DNA from: Adineta vaga
Lineage: Eukaryota > Animalia > Rotifera
Assembly: GCA_021613535.1 (NCBI GenBank)
Contig: CP075495.1
Coordinates: 992,001 to 1,056,000, forward strand
DNA length: 64,000 nucleotides
Reading direction: 5' to 3'
Below are positions 23,901-34,168 of this stretch, in pieces; positions within the stretch are counted from its first letter, which is position 1; each line of letters begins with the position of its first letter. A model generated the notes under the pieces. That model did not search any database and was not told the origin of the DNA. It was given only the letters and a program-made list of their open reading frames with translations. Both the position numbers and the translations under genes were made by a program.

Positions 23901-24713
23901 CAATTAATTGATCAAACACTTGCTGAAAGTTATTCTGAATTTTTATCAAATCAATATGTTAGTACAACAGTTACATCATCGGAATCATTTGAAACACAAA
24001 TCAAAATGTTTATTGAACAATATCAATCAACAACAATTAATAATTTTCTTCATTTACTTCATATGATACGACAAACAACACATATCAATGCTCTTTATTC
24101 AGGATTATTAACAAATTATGAAATGTATGTAGATTCTTCGAAAAAAGTACATTCTAATTTAATTTTCTATGAAAATTGTCGATGTGATCTTTCATCAACT
24201 TGTCGAATGCCATATCTTATCAATGATCTACATGCTTTGAATGAAAAAAAAGATTTTATTCCTGGTTTATATCGTGGTTGTTATATGATTGAAGCACTTC
24301 TTCAATCAAATCTCGAATATTTTTATAATGAAACATATCTTAAACGATTAAATATGTATTTTATAAATACTATAGACAAAATAATACCACCACTTGATCC
24401 ACACATTCAAAGTAGATATAATAGAAATTCAACAATTGAACAACTTGTCAAACAATTAATGATTGAACAATGGTATTCAAAATCAAACTATACAAATTAT
24501 TTTAATCAATGTCAACCAATTGAATGTATTTATAATTATCAAAAGAAATATAATTTAATTTCTATATTAACAATATTAATTGGATTAACAGGTGGTTTAA
24601 TAACTGTATTGAAAATATTTGTACCAAATTCATTTTCATTTCTACGATGGATTATTAAACAATGCAAAAAGAAAAGAATTGGTCCACATATATCAACAAA
24701 TGATCATCATTGA
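20943..24713 (+). CDS. Intronless membrane protein with three tandem ~410-420 aa units (TM, Cys-rich ectodomain, TM); possible DEG/ENaC- or P2X-like channel concatemer
   Basis: Units start at NLF motifs at 21003, 22260 and 23490. Each has NERISTRIF-TM1, LTCPC, HQICSS, FQGLNSLC, C.C...C, PG.Y.GCY, CQPIECIY and TM2 GL.GGLITVLKI. The channel assignment is inference. Confidence 0.85.
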   Translation: MNLQRIRRLSKELGEVIKKQNLFKSYPLTTNEHDLQNERISTRIFLILLIFSLIILLLYHSLININKTEIKKQPTYQQYQNLNLFYSETLTCPCKTILINYKDILEINYTFHQICSSDFIKQNWFNYLINSYDKNKTFDRDFRWTGSFIFQGLNSLCEIINQTFKDSYSKFLTNQYISTTIIPLTSFQSQIQSFIQQFRLTTTYDFLHSFNLIRSTTYINSFYSERKTNSRPRTIFSFSALLPVYPSTYSKCSCDISSKCSSPSSFYNNSDTKPLFTIPGLYQGCYIIEGLLQSNLECFYSEKCLTELELHIKSSFPINLTALSRLNNSNYDINSTIEQLINELMIEQWNPIIKYENYYNKCQPIECIYSYQTKNEKVYIITSTIGLLGGLITVLKIIIPILVKFLRKKKQISSSKDNQKEKRSCLDLIRKLIKYIKIINLFESIPPTTNEHDLQNERISTRVFIIFLFLSLIILLLYHSLDNINKTEIKKQPTYQQYKNLNLFYSETLTCPCKTILINYKDILEINYTFHQICSSDFIKQNWFNYLINSDNEHNFFGNGFRQTLSYKFQGLNSLCEIINQTLNDSYSKFLTNQYISTTIIPLTSFQSQIQSFIRQFRSSIRNHFLRLLYMIRSTTYINGLHPTRSDVFIFMVSAKNNKIYTKSRGLTGCNCEVSWKCAAPFTISENGSVLPGFYQGCYIIEGLLQSNLECFYNQTCITELQLHIKSSFPIDLTALSRLNNSNYDINSTIEQLINELMIEQWNPIIKYENYYNKCQPIECIYSYQTKNEKVYIITSTIGLLGGLITVLKIIIPILVKFLRKKKQREIENNNTQLNSSLLSKLIHLIRTFNLFPSMPPSINEHDLRNERLSTRIFLILLLFSLGILFLYNIILLTIKTESKLTPTYKQYEDLYLIYSNTLTCPCKNILIDYKDILQINYTLHQICSSHFINESWINWITYSYLQEFIPLQDFRLSGKYLFQGLNSLCQLIDQTLAESYSEFLSNQYVSTTVTSSESFETQIKMFIEQYQSTTINNFLHLLHMIRQTTHINALYSGLLTNYEMYVDSSKKVHSNLIFYENCRCDLSSTCRMPYLINDLHALNEKKDFIPGLYRGCYMIEALLQSNLEYFYNETYLKRLNMYFINTIDKIIPPLDPHIQSRYNRNSTIEQLVKQLMIEQWYSKSNYTNYFNQCQPIECIYNYQKKYNLISILTILIGLTGGLITVLKIFVPNSFSFLRWIIKQCKKKRIGPHISTNDHH

Positions 24714-24778
24714 CAATTTCATAGAAATATTTATTCAAATGAAAAATATAAAAATAAAGCTTTTTACAAATAAATTAA

Positions 24779-26208
24779 TCAATAGAGTTCTGTCATTCTT
24801 GATGTGTCAATAGAGAGGATTAATCCACCAGTAACTAATATTCGTTCATCTTGTAACAGAGATGCCGTATGATCAGAACGTGTCACTTTCATAGAACTCA
24901 TCTGTGTCCATCTGTTTGTTAATGGATCATATAATTCAGTACTATCTAGAGTTTTTGGGTGAAATCCACCAGTGATTAAAACTGTTCCATCTGATAAGAG
25001 AGATGCTGTATGATACATACGTGATATGTTCATGTTGCCTGCACTTGTCCATTGATTTGTTATTGGATCATACAATTCGGCGCTGTCAACATTATGAGTA
25101 TAATTATACTGACCACCAGTTATTAGAATGTTTCCATCTGCTAATACAGTTGCTGTGTGGTCGGATCGTCTATTATTCATATGACTTGTAAGTATCCATT
25201 TACCTGATGTTGAGTTATATAGTTCAGTACTATTCCGATTAATGAACAGACTCTCACAACATCCACCAGTAACTAAAACATTACCATCGGATAATAAAGA
25301 TGCTGTATGATACGAACGATCGAAAAACATACTATCAGTCATTGTCCAAGTCTCTGTAGATGGATCATACAATTCGACAGTGTTTATAAATATATGCTCG
25401 TTCGTTATTCCACCAGTAACTAATACTTTTCCATTCTTCAATACAGTTGCAGTGTGACGACTACGTGCATGAAACATATTTCCAGTCTTTTTCCATGTAT
25501 TTGTTGATACATTATACAGTTCAGCGCTTTGATGAATGCTATCAAGCGTTTCTCCTCCAGTAACTAAAACTAATCCATTTGCCAATAGGGATGCAGTATG
25601 ATGTGTTCTTCCAATGGACATATTCGCTACTATTGTCCATTGACCTGTTTCTGGATCATACAATTCACATTCACAGAAAATAGAGTTGTAGTCTGTTCCA
25701 CCTGCAATCAATACTTTTCCATTTATTAATACAGTTGCTTTGTGAGACCGTCGATGTAAATTAATTTTTCCAGTTTCTGTCCATTCTAAATGAAATTTCT
25801 CATCAAACATTCTTGTTCAAACATTGATTATTTTTACTTCTAATTTTTCTTAATGAAGTCGTTGTTTGAGTTGTCGTTGTTGTTCGAGTTATTCTTGTTT
25901 CAGTTATAAGGATGATTGATTGTTTTTTTGCTACGAAAATTGTGAGAATAACACTTGATGTTACAATTACAATAGAAATAGTACTAATTAAGATAATTTT
26001 CTTTAGATTCTTTCGAACATATTCATATCTAAGAGAAAGAAGAAGGAAGAGGGTGTGAAATATTTTGTTTGAAATATTTTAAATTCATACAATAATTGTG
26101 ATCGAGTCAAAGGATTTGATTGAGACTAAGAAAAAAAGCCGATTATTGATTAGAATGGAATTAAGAATAAGAAATTACTTCGACAATTCCAACGGTGTTG
26201 TCAGGCAT
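24779..26208 (-). CDS. Type II membrane-anchored Kelch-repeat beta-propeller protein, four exons
   Basis: Exons 26179-26208, 26091-26125, 25838-26028 and 24779-25785 join in frame through GT-AG introns. TM plus Thr-rich stalk, then seven repeats of R..HTA.LL.NG.VLVTGG...ELYDP.T..W. Confidence 0.88.
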
Positions 26209-26971
26209 ATTCTTTTGTGTATTCCAATGAAAAAAAAATATCGAAGAAAAACTAACGTGTTATTTCCTTTTAAAGAGATCAAAAGGGAAATTAAAACAAC
26301 AGATGTTAGTTTTACTCAACTTTATCTACACATAAAATAATTTATTTTTAAATAAATTCATTTAAAGCCCACTATTACTCTCTTCTCCGTGATAACCCTG
26401 ATTGGCTGAACATATTTTTTACACGCAGAACTTTTCCGCTATAACCAATTGATTGTACTATTCCTAACATTAACACATTTTGTACGTAAAAAAGATGTCA
26501 ATTTAACTGAGAGGAGAATCTTTTCTTTCTGTTCTGCATAATTAAATATATATATATATTGTTTAAAATACAACGACAAACATATAAATTGAAATTAAGT
26601 AGGTGTAGGATGAAAATGATGTTTATATTCATTTGATTCAGTAACATAATCAATAAATTTATCTTTTGATACTCTAAATGAAATGAAAAAATGAATTTGA
26701 ATACAAATACAATTGATATATAACTAAAATACCGTTGAGTTCCATCTGCATATCGATCTTTGATTGATCTGTTTAAAAACATCTTTCTATGATAAAAATA
26801 ATGTTCGACAAGAAAATGCAATCAAAAGATCTTTTTGTCTTTTCTTAGAACTGTTGAAAATTCATCAAGAATTGTTTATCAATGAGAACTGTTTCAAGTT
26901 TCATTGAAAAAAAAAGAGAAAATCATTTAGATTTATTAAGAATTATCTCTTATTTTCCGACCTGAAGACAT

Positions 26972-27826
26972 TTATCTTCTCATATAACGACTTCTTGGTA
27001 CAAAACTCAAAAGACATTTTCTTTTTTTAGAGATTTTAAAAATAAATTCACTGTGTGATTTAGTTGATGCTGTACTTTCATTTGAAATTGTAATTTTTTC
27101 AATGGATGATAAAGATCCATCAAATAGCGAGACAAGGGTTTCATATGGTAGTATTTTTTCTTTCAAATGAATCATATGAAGATCTTTTCCTGCTTTCCAT
27201 TTTCCAACAATTTGAAAATAAGTTCCAGGAAGAAAAAGAATTTCATTTTCTTTTTTAAAATATGAGTGAGATTGAATTAATTTTCCACTAAAACATTCAA
27301 TTGTAAAAATAGTTCTGGATGAACTATCTCGAATGAATCTTTCCACAATACTAATAGTTTCAGTACAAGAACTAATTCCCCACCAAATATGATCTTCATC
27401 ATCATATTGATCGGATAAGTTTCCTTTAACTCCACGCCAAATAGTTCCACGAATTGATGGAAGTTTATACAAAACAGTAAAGAAAAGTTTCAAATAAAGA
27501 AACCAAATTGTTAATGAATTTCGATCCTTTGAACGAAGTCTTTCATTAAGTAATGTGAATAAACTTTGATGAGGTTCAGGCCATTCCATTATATATAAAT
27601 GAATTGATGCAGATTCTTCTTGTGTTAAACCATTTGAAGGTTTTCGACAATTTCTTCGTGCAGTTTCAACCATTGCATCACAATTATAGAGTAATGATTT
27701 AATTGGTTGAATAGCGTCTTTAAGAGAAACAAGTGGATATTGTTCATATCCTTTAATTGGTGTAAGAGTTTGTTCAGGTTCTTGTCCAGCATCAAGAAAA
27801 CGTTGAGGAATAATTCTTTCAGTCAT
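26972..27826 (-). CDS. NAD+:arginine mono-ADP-ribosyltransferase (R-S-E / ARTC-like)
   Basis: ESASIHLY, LN..LRS..R, IWRGV (R), GISSCT (S) and KENEILF (ExE). The 3' end may be spliced near 27050. Confidence 0.85.
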   Translation of the reverse strand: MTERIIPQRFLDAGQEPEQTLTPIKGYEQYPLVSLKDAIQPIKSLLYNCDAMVETARRNCRKPSNGLTQEESASIHLYIMEWPEPHQSLFTLLNERLRSKDRNSLTIWFLYLKLFFTVLYKLPSIRGTIWRGVKGNLSDQYDDEDHIWWGISSCTETISIVERFIRDSSSRTIFTIECFSGKLIQSHSYFKKENEILFLPGTYFQIVGKWKAGKDLHMIHLKEKILPYETLVSLFDGSLSSIEKITISNESTASTKSHSEFIFKISKKRKCLLSFVPRSRYMRR

Positions 27827-27987
27827 TGATCGAATATGAATACAAATGAATCAGTTTGAAAAATTCTTATAATGTTTATACTTTTTCGTCAAAGTAAAAG
27901 GAAGAAGGAGAAAGAAAGAAGTAAAAGTAGTGAATTCCTTCATTTTTTCTATAAAAATAGCTTTATCAGAGAAAAACGCGTTACTTT

Positions 27988-28102
27988 GGGGAGCATTTCA
28001 AAATATTTGCCGTTCGTTCGGGCGCTCTGTCGCGGTATGAACAATATATTTTACGTCGTTATACCGCGGCAGAAGGGCCGCAAACATTTTGATATGCTCC
28101 CT
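27988..28102. mobile_element. ~115 bp GC-rich hairpin, MITE-like
   Basis: gggagcatttcaaaatatttgc pairs with gcaaacattttgatatgctccc. Inner tctgtcgcggtat pairs with ataccgcggcaga. The right end is followed by ttaa. Confidence 0.65.
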
Positions 28103-28202
28103 TAACATAATAACAAAAAATTCAAAATTTGACAACGGTATTTCGTAGACAATAATCTTTATTAGAAATGTTTGAAAAAAAGACCAATAAATAATGAAAG
28201 TT

Positions 28203-28673
28203 CTAAATCGAAACACCTTTCGAAGCTAACCAAACTTTAAATTCTTCCGTTAATGTTGGCATAATTTCATTTTCTTGAATACCATCGATAACTTTATTCC
28301 ATTCTGGGCGATCTTTACAATATAAAGCCATTCCAGGTTTTGTTAATCGATCAAAACTACCCAATCTTACTGCAATTAAACCTGCAAACTTTGGATTTTT
28401 TCCATACATTGGTGAACCACAATTTGCACAAAAAGCCCGTTGAATTGTTGTTCCACTTGTTGTATCTTTATCAAAATAAATCTTCGGTTGACCTTGTATT
28501 GTAACATCTTTTTCCGGTAAATAAAGATTATATGATGCTAAACTACCAGCACTTTGACGACAATTTTTACAAAAACATAAACCAACATTTTCACTGTTAC
28601 TCAAAATATTCTCAGGAAGAGAAATAGAAATTTCACCACATAAACATTTGCCTGTTACTATATTCGTTGCCAT
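28203..28673 (-). CDS. GFA / Mss4-like (CENP-V/DUF636) zinc-binding protein, intronless
   Basis: G.CLCG, CFCKNCRQ..G, SG....R.FCANCGSP motifs. Confidence 0.9.
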   Translation of the reverse strand: MATNIVTGKCLCGEISISLPENILSNSENVGLCFCKNCRQSAGSLASYNLYLPEKDVTIQGQPKIYFDKDTTSGTTIQRAFCANCGSPMYGKNPKFAGLIAVRLGSFDRLTKPGMALYCKDRPEWNKVIDGIQENEIMPTLTEEFKVWLASKGVSI

Positions 28674-29382
28674 TATATGTTCGTTCTATATTGTAAATGA
28701 GAGAAAAATATTTATCCACGTGTTTTGCCCGATTGTCGATGAATATTTCTTTTCTTTCTCTTTGTATGCTATTCAGTAAACAGAAAATAAGATTATATGG
28801 TATAGAGGCTAATGGAATAAATCAGAAACAAAAAAGTGAAATGCGCTTATGATTGACTAGTAAAGTTTTGGCAAAAGCCCTAAATAATTTTAACACTAGT
28901 AGGTGAAGCATGTTCTTTTCGATCGCTTTATGTATTTGGTTTTTATTTAAGAAGAAGCATTGAGCGATAGGGGGAGGGTTTTCTTTATATGGATGTCGTT
29001 GCATTATGAAAGCGGAATATGAATCAACTATAATAGGCACATTTTATTCGCAATAGGGCTGCGCTTAAAAGCTTTTTTGTATCTCCCGTCTGATACACGG
29101 TCACCGACCGATTAGAAATAGTGGTCACTATAAGCAAATGATTTTCATTTTTCAACTTATCATATGTTTCAATAAAATAATTGACAACGGAAAATGATGA
29201 AGACATTTGAATTCTTTACGATCAAATCTCTGACGTAGAAAGATGTTTCATGTTGTTATTTATTACTGCACATTAAGATTAAAAAATGACGTAGATAAAG
29301 TCGTTAAGTATATGAAAAGAAACAATGTTTTATTGTTCGTTATATTTCGAAAAAGGTTATATACATAGAATTTGAGAAGAAA

Positions 29383-30218
29383 ATGATCGGTATTCCAATG
29401 AATCCAAATTCAGTTTATGTTCCAATGGTTCAAAGTAATTCGAATAAATTTTTTATAATAAAAATAAATTTATCGTTTCTTATTGTATTTAGGTGGATGT
29501 TTAAAAGTTGAATTTGATTCAACTTATCCAATTCATCTTAATGGAATTATAAATCAATATGAATATCAAGAATCAATTCAAAGAATTAATCGAGCAATAT
29601 CATCATATCGATCATTATTATTAATTGGTATTCTTTTTCTTTTGATGATGATAGTTGGAATCATATTATTCATTGCCGGTGGTGTTACAGCTGGTCGTTA
29701 TTATCAATATAGATTTCCTGTGATGATTATTATTGGCATTACATTAGTTTCATTTGGATCAATATTTTTTGCAATGGGATGTTGTTTTGTTCAATTACGA
29801 CGAGTTAATAAAATACGTCAAGCTATTTCAGAAGAATCACAAAAATATTCTTCAAGATCACCAATACCATGTAGTTGGAGATTCGATTCATCAACAACAT
29901 ATGTAGGATATTATGGAAATGCACAGAGACGTCATGTTACGTATCATGTAAGTCTTTTATTTTTCGAAATTGTTTTGAAAAAATTTATATATTTAGATGG
30001 TAATTGATATTGGTCATTCAATCGCTCCAACAAGTGTTTCATATCATTCAAATCAAGTTGCTCCTGATCCAACAATAGTTTTCGGTGGACAAAGTAATTA
30101 TGCACCACCGCCCTATTCAGGACAACCAGCAAGCTATTGTCCTCAATGTAATGTATTACGAAATGATTTGACAAGTCGATTTTGTTCATCATGTGGTTAT
30201 TCATTTAATAAATATTGA
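29383..30218 (+). CDS. Two-TM membrane protein with PPxY motif and C-terminal zinc ribbon (Erf4/Golgin-A7-like N-region), three exons
   Basis: ATG 29383, introns near 29435-29492 and 29948-29996. YP.HLNGII...EYQESI.RIN, two hydrophobic helices, APPPYS, CPQC...FCSSCG. Confidence 0.7.
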
Positions 30219-30447
30219 AAAAATCGAACTATAAGTCATAATTAGTTATATATCACATATCATTTCGATGATAAAAATACATTTTATTATTCTACACCAC
30301 GCCCATTCTTCTCTAATTTTCTATTGACGTCATGTATTATAATGACGTTTGTTCTCCTCCCTAACGCCTATATCAATAGATGATATATATATATACACCT
30401 GTATGCATTGTCTGAGACAAAACAAAAAAGTACATTAATTCTTCTGA

Positions 30448-32422
30448 ATGGATTCTTCGCCTTCATTTGAAACTTTGAGCAACAAATTAGAATATCCAAA
30501 TGGGATTTTTAATAAAACTCAGACTACTATCACATCTCTCTATGCTTTCAATCCATCGATGAACAAATCACCGAAAGATACGGTGGAAATTCTTTTGGAA
30601 AAACCAATACATCATTTACGATCGAAAGAGAAACATGAATTATTCGAGCATGAAGTAACAAAAGAAGAAATGAATATCGCTGCGAAATATGGACGATTTC
30701 CACAACGTCCAAGTGATCTCTTTCTTAAAGTATGATTTTCATTGATTATATCAACTAATTAAGAAAATCTATCGGAATTTTAGTTATTCTATGGTGTTAT
30801 TCGTACACTTGAACATAATCCATTGTCTGGTTGTGTATCACCTGCATTAGTTGGTACATCTGCTGTTATTCCTCTAACAATTATTTCAACTATTCCAGAT
30901 ATAATGCAACATTATCATCATGTCATTGTTCATGCACAGAAAGAAGTTCTTTTTGCGACATGTTGGTGGGAAAAAGGTGAAATTGCTAATATGATGGATA
31001 AAGCTTTACGAGATTTAAGTAAACGTGCTGCTCGTGAAAAACGTCAAGTAATCGTTAAACTTTTAATTGATCATTTATCAAAAGAAAACATAACACATCG
31101 TCATGCTATTCTACCGTCGAATAAATGGGCACAATGTAATCTTCCAACAATGGAAGAATTACCTTTTATTTCCATGGAAGTCAATTGTTATCATCGATTG
31201 ATTATGGGTACATTTCATTCGAAATTTTTAATCGTCGATCGAAAGATAGCTCTTTTGAATTCGAATAATATTTATGATCGACCTAATTTAGAAATGATGG
31301 TACATTATCAAGGAGATATTGTTAATTCATTTTATGATACATTTCTTATCTCTTGGTCGATTCCTTTCGAACCTGATCTTGTCTGTTTACAAGAAGAAAC
31401 ACCAGCGAATCAAGATTTTCATTTCGGTATGGACAATTCAACTCTTGTTTCTATTAAAGAACCTTTACAAAGAGCAGTAGCTCGTGCACGACTTCAATTA
31501 CAACGTAATCAGAATACAGAAAACAAGTTTTCAACACCAACAATAAATAGAAAAGTAACTCATTTAACTTTTCATGATGCTGCTCGAAAAGCTTTAGTAG
31601 AAATTCGAAATACATGTTCATTTGATAAATCAACTATTCAATCACTTACAATAGATTTTACTCCTTTTATTTTTCATACTCGACATCAGCCAATTCCAAT
31701 TGCTTTAGTTAATCGTTCACCAAATGGTACTCCAGGTCATATTGATAAAATCAATCCACAAGATATTGCATGGTTATATGCTTTTCGATATGCTCAAAAA
31801 TCTCTATTTATTCAATCTCCGAATTTCAATGCTACACCTGCAGTCGATGGTATCATATCAGCTTGTCGACGTGGTATTAAAGTAATATTATGGCTCGATC
31901 TGGGTTACAATTATTTGAAAGAAGGATTCGGTACATTTCAAGGTGGAACAAATGAACATATTGTCAAGAAAATCTATAAAGAATTGAAAAGTCATGACAA
32001 TGGAGCAGAAAAAAATTTACAAATATTTTGGTATACTGCAAAAGGTAAGTGATTATCTTTCAATCTTTTTATAAGTAATGTGTTTTTCTTTCTCCTTTAG
32101 ATCAAACACGTCCTTGTCATTTTTCAGAAAAGAAACGTAATTGTCATATAAAATTTATGTCAATCGACGATCAAGTGGCGATCGTAGGTAGTGGAAATAT
32201 GGATACACAAACTTGGTTTCATTCTCAGGTAAGAAGAAAAATATATTTTTCACTGTATTTTTATTCGTTTATGATGAATAGGAAATGAATACAATGATCG
32301 ATTCACCCGTGATTGTTAAAGAATGGATGAATGCTTTGTATACAAATCAATCGACAAATGAATATGGTCGATTGAATGACAATGGCGAATGGCATGGTAT
32401 TAGTAGCAATTTAAATTCATAG
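30448..32422 (+). CDS. Phospholipase D superfamily protein with two HKD motifs, four exons
   Basis: Exons 30448-30729, 30784-32044, 32101-32228 and 32282-32422. Motifs FHSKFLIVD...SNN and CHIKFMSIDD...GSGNMD...SQE. Confidence 0.88.
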
Positions 32423-32502
32423 AACAGATACGATAATAATATGTATAGAAATAAAGCTAATACATCACGAACATATATAGAAAAGTACTTTTAGAATTTT
32501 GA

Positions 32503-34168
32503 TTAGTTGCGTTTTCGAGAGATGGGATTTGTTTTATAGTTGTTTCGTTTTGGATTGGGTTGACTACTATCCCTTTTGGATAAAGATTTTGGTTTATTTT
32601 TTGATGATTGAGATTTAGAATCTGTTGGTTGTTGACAACGAAGAAATGTGTCATTTTCAGAATTGGTTTCAAATGGATGAGGAAGAAATCGATAGGGAGC
32701 TTTTTCTTCTCTCAATTGAATAATTGTAAGATCTTTTGATGGACTGAATTTACTGAGTACACGAAGATACGTTCCGGGAAACAGAATAACTTCATCTTCT
32801 TTATAATGTGAGTGCAAACGAATATTTCTTGCACTTGTTGTTTCAACCGTAAATAATGTTCTGGGACCATCTTTACCAATGAAATTTTCCATGATATTAA
32901 CCGAAGCAGTACAAGAACTAACCCCATACCAGGTCACATGTTCATTTGTTATGTATTGAGAAGTTAGATTACCTTTGACTCCACGCCAAACAGTTCCTTC
33001 TTGAGCTGGTAATTTGAATAAAGCAGTCATAAAGAGTTTCAAATAGCAATACCATGGAACAAGACTTAATCGACTAACTGAACGTAATGTTCGATTAAGA
33101 TGAACATATAAACTATCATTGCTATGTGTCCATTGCATTGAATAGAGATGAATCGAAGCTGATTCATCGCGAGTAAGTCCATTAACTGGTCGAAGTGAAT
33201 TTTGTTTAGCCATGTAGACATATCGATTAATGTCATCTTTGAATATACCAACCAAAGGTTGTATCGCTTCTTCGAGTGATACGAGAGGTTGCTTTTCATA
33301 GCCTTCAAGAGGTGCAAGCATTTGATTTGGGTCATCGAGAGTATTCATTGAAGTAAAACGAGAAGTATGTTCATTACCGACATTATCAATCGATGATTGG
33401 GATTGATATTTCGTGGAGGCAGAGCCTGGATTGGATGCAGGCGGAAAGAAGATCGGTTCAGAGTTTGATTGACGACGGAGAGAAGATTGTCTTTCGTCAA
33501 CGTTAGTGCTTGCATCAGCAGTTGCAGAGTTACTCTGTTGATCACGAAATTGAGATCGATTTCGAAATATAACCGGTTCCGTTCGTCCATCTAGATCTAA
33601 ATAAAAATGAATTCTTCTTCATCGATTAGTACTACTTTAGATTTCTTCTTACCAGGAAATACTGTTGGTGCGATTTTTAAGATACTCCTTTGTATATAAT
33701 TTATTAATTTATTCATTGTAGCATTGACTGGCTTGTCGGACAAATCTCGAAAATCATACGAAACTAAACCAGCAGCAATAAGACCTAACCATCCTGAAGG
33801 TTTAAAATCTGCTCGACAGCGACATGAAATGACTGGTATTTCTAATTTATCTGCATATTCCAGTTCTCTTTTACAATTTTTGGATTTTTGATATTCTGGT
33901 GTCATAAAGAAGCAAACAGCAAGACTATTCTCTACTGCTTCAGCCATTCTTAAGAAAACAATTTCATATCATTTGTCTGGATTGTTTATAAAAATACATA
34001 CCCATCATTCAAATATCCATCAAGTCCATTACGAATGTCCATCCAGACTGGAATATTTTCTCTTCGCAACTGTTCAGCGACCTCATAGACAAGGTTCTGT
34101 GTTCCAGTCCATGCATAAGACATCATTATATGTTTCTTGTTTACCGTTGAAAACGAAGTAGTGGCCAT
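32503..34168 (-). CDS. TIR domain - ADP-ribosyltransferase fusion protein, three exons (~520 aa)
   Basis: Exons 34002-34168, 33653-33948 and 32503-33596 splice in frame. TIR: IMMSYAW, VWMDI, MAEAVENS, TPEYQKSKNCKRELEYA, GWLG. Ser/Gln-rich linker. ART: VWRGV, VSSCT, KEDEVIL. Confidence 0.88.

Noticed and set aside
26590-26960. Possible extra 3' exons of the ART gene (…DRYADGTQR|VSKDKFIDY…)
   Set aside because: Splice-like sites exist, but the frames contain stops and I could not join them reliably.
33345-33590. 81 aa ORF as an independent gene
   Set aside because: Wrong frame; the region is the TIR-ART linker read in the ART frame.
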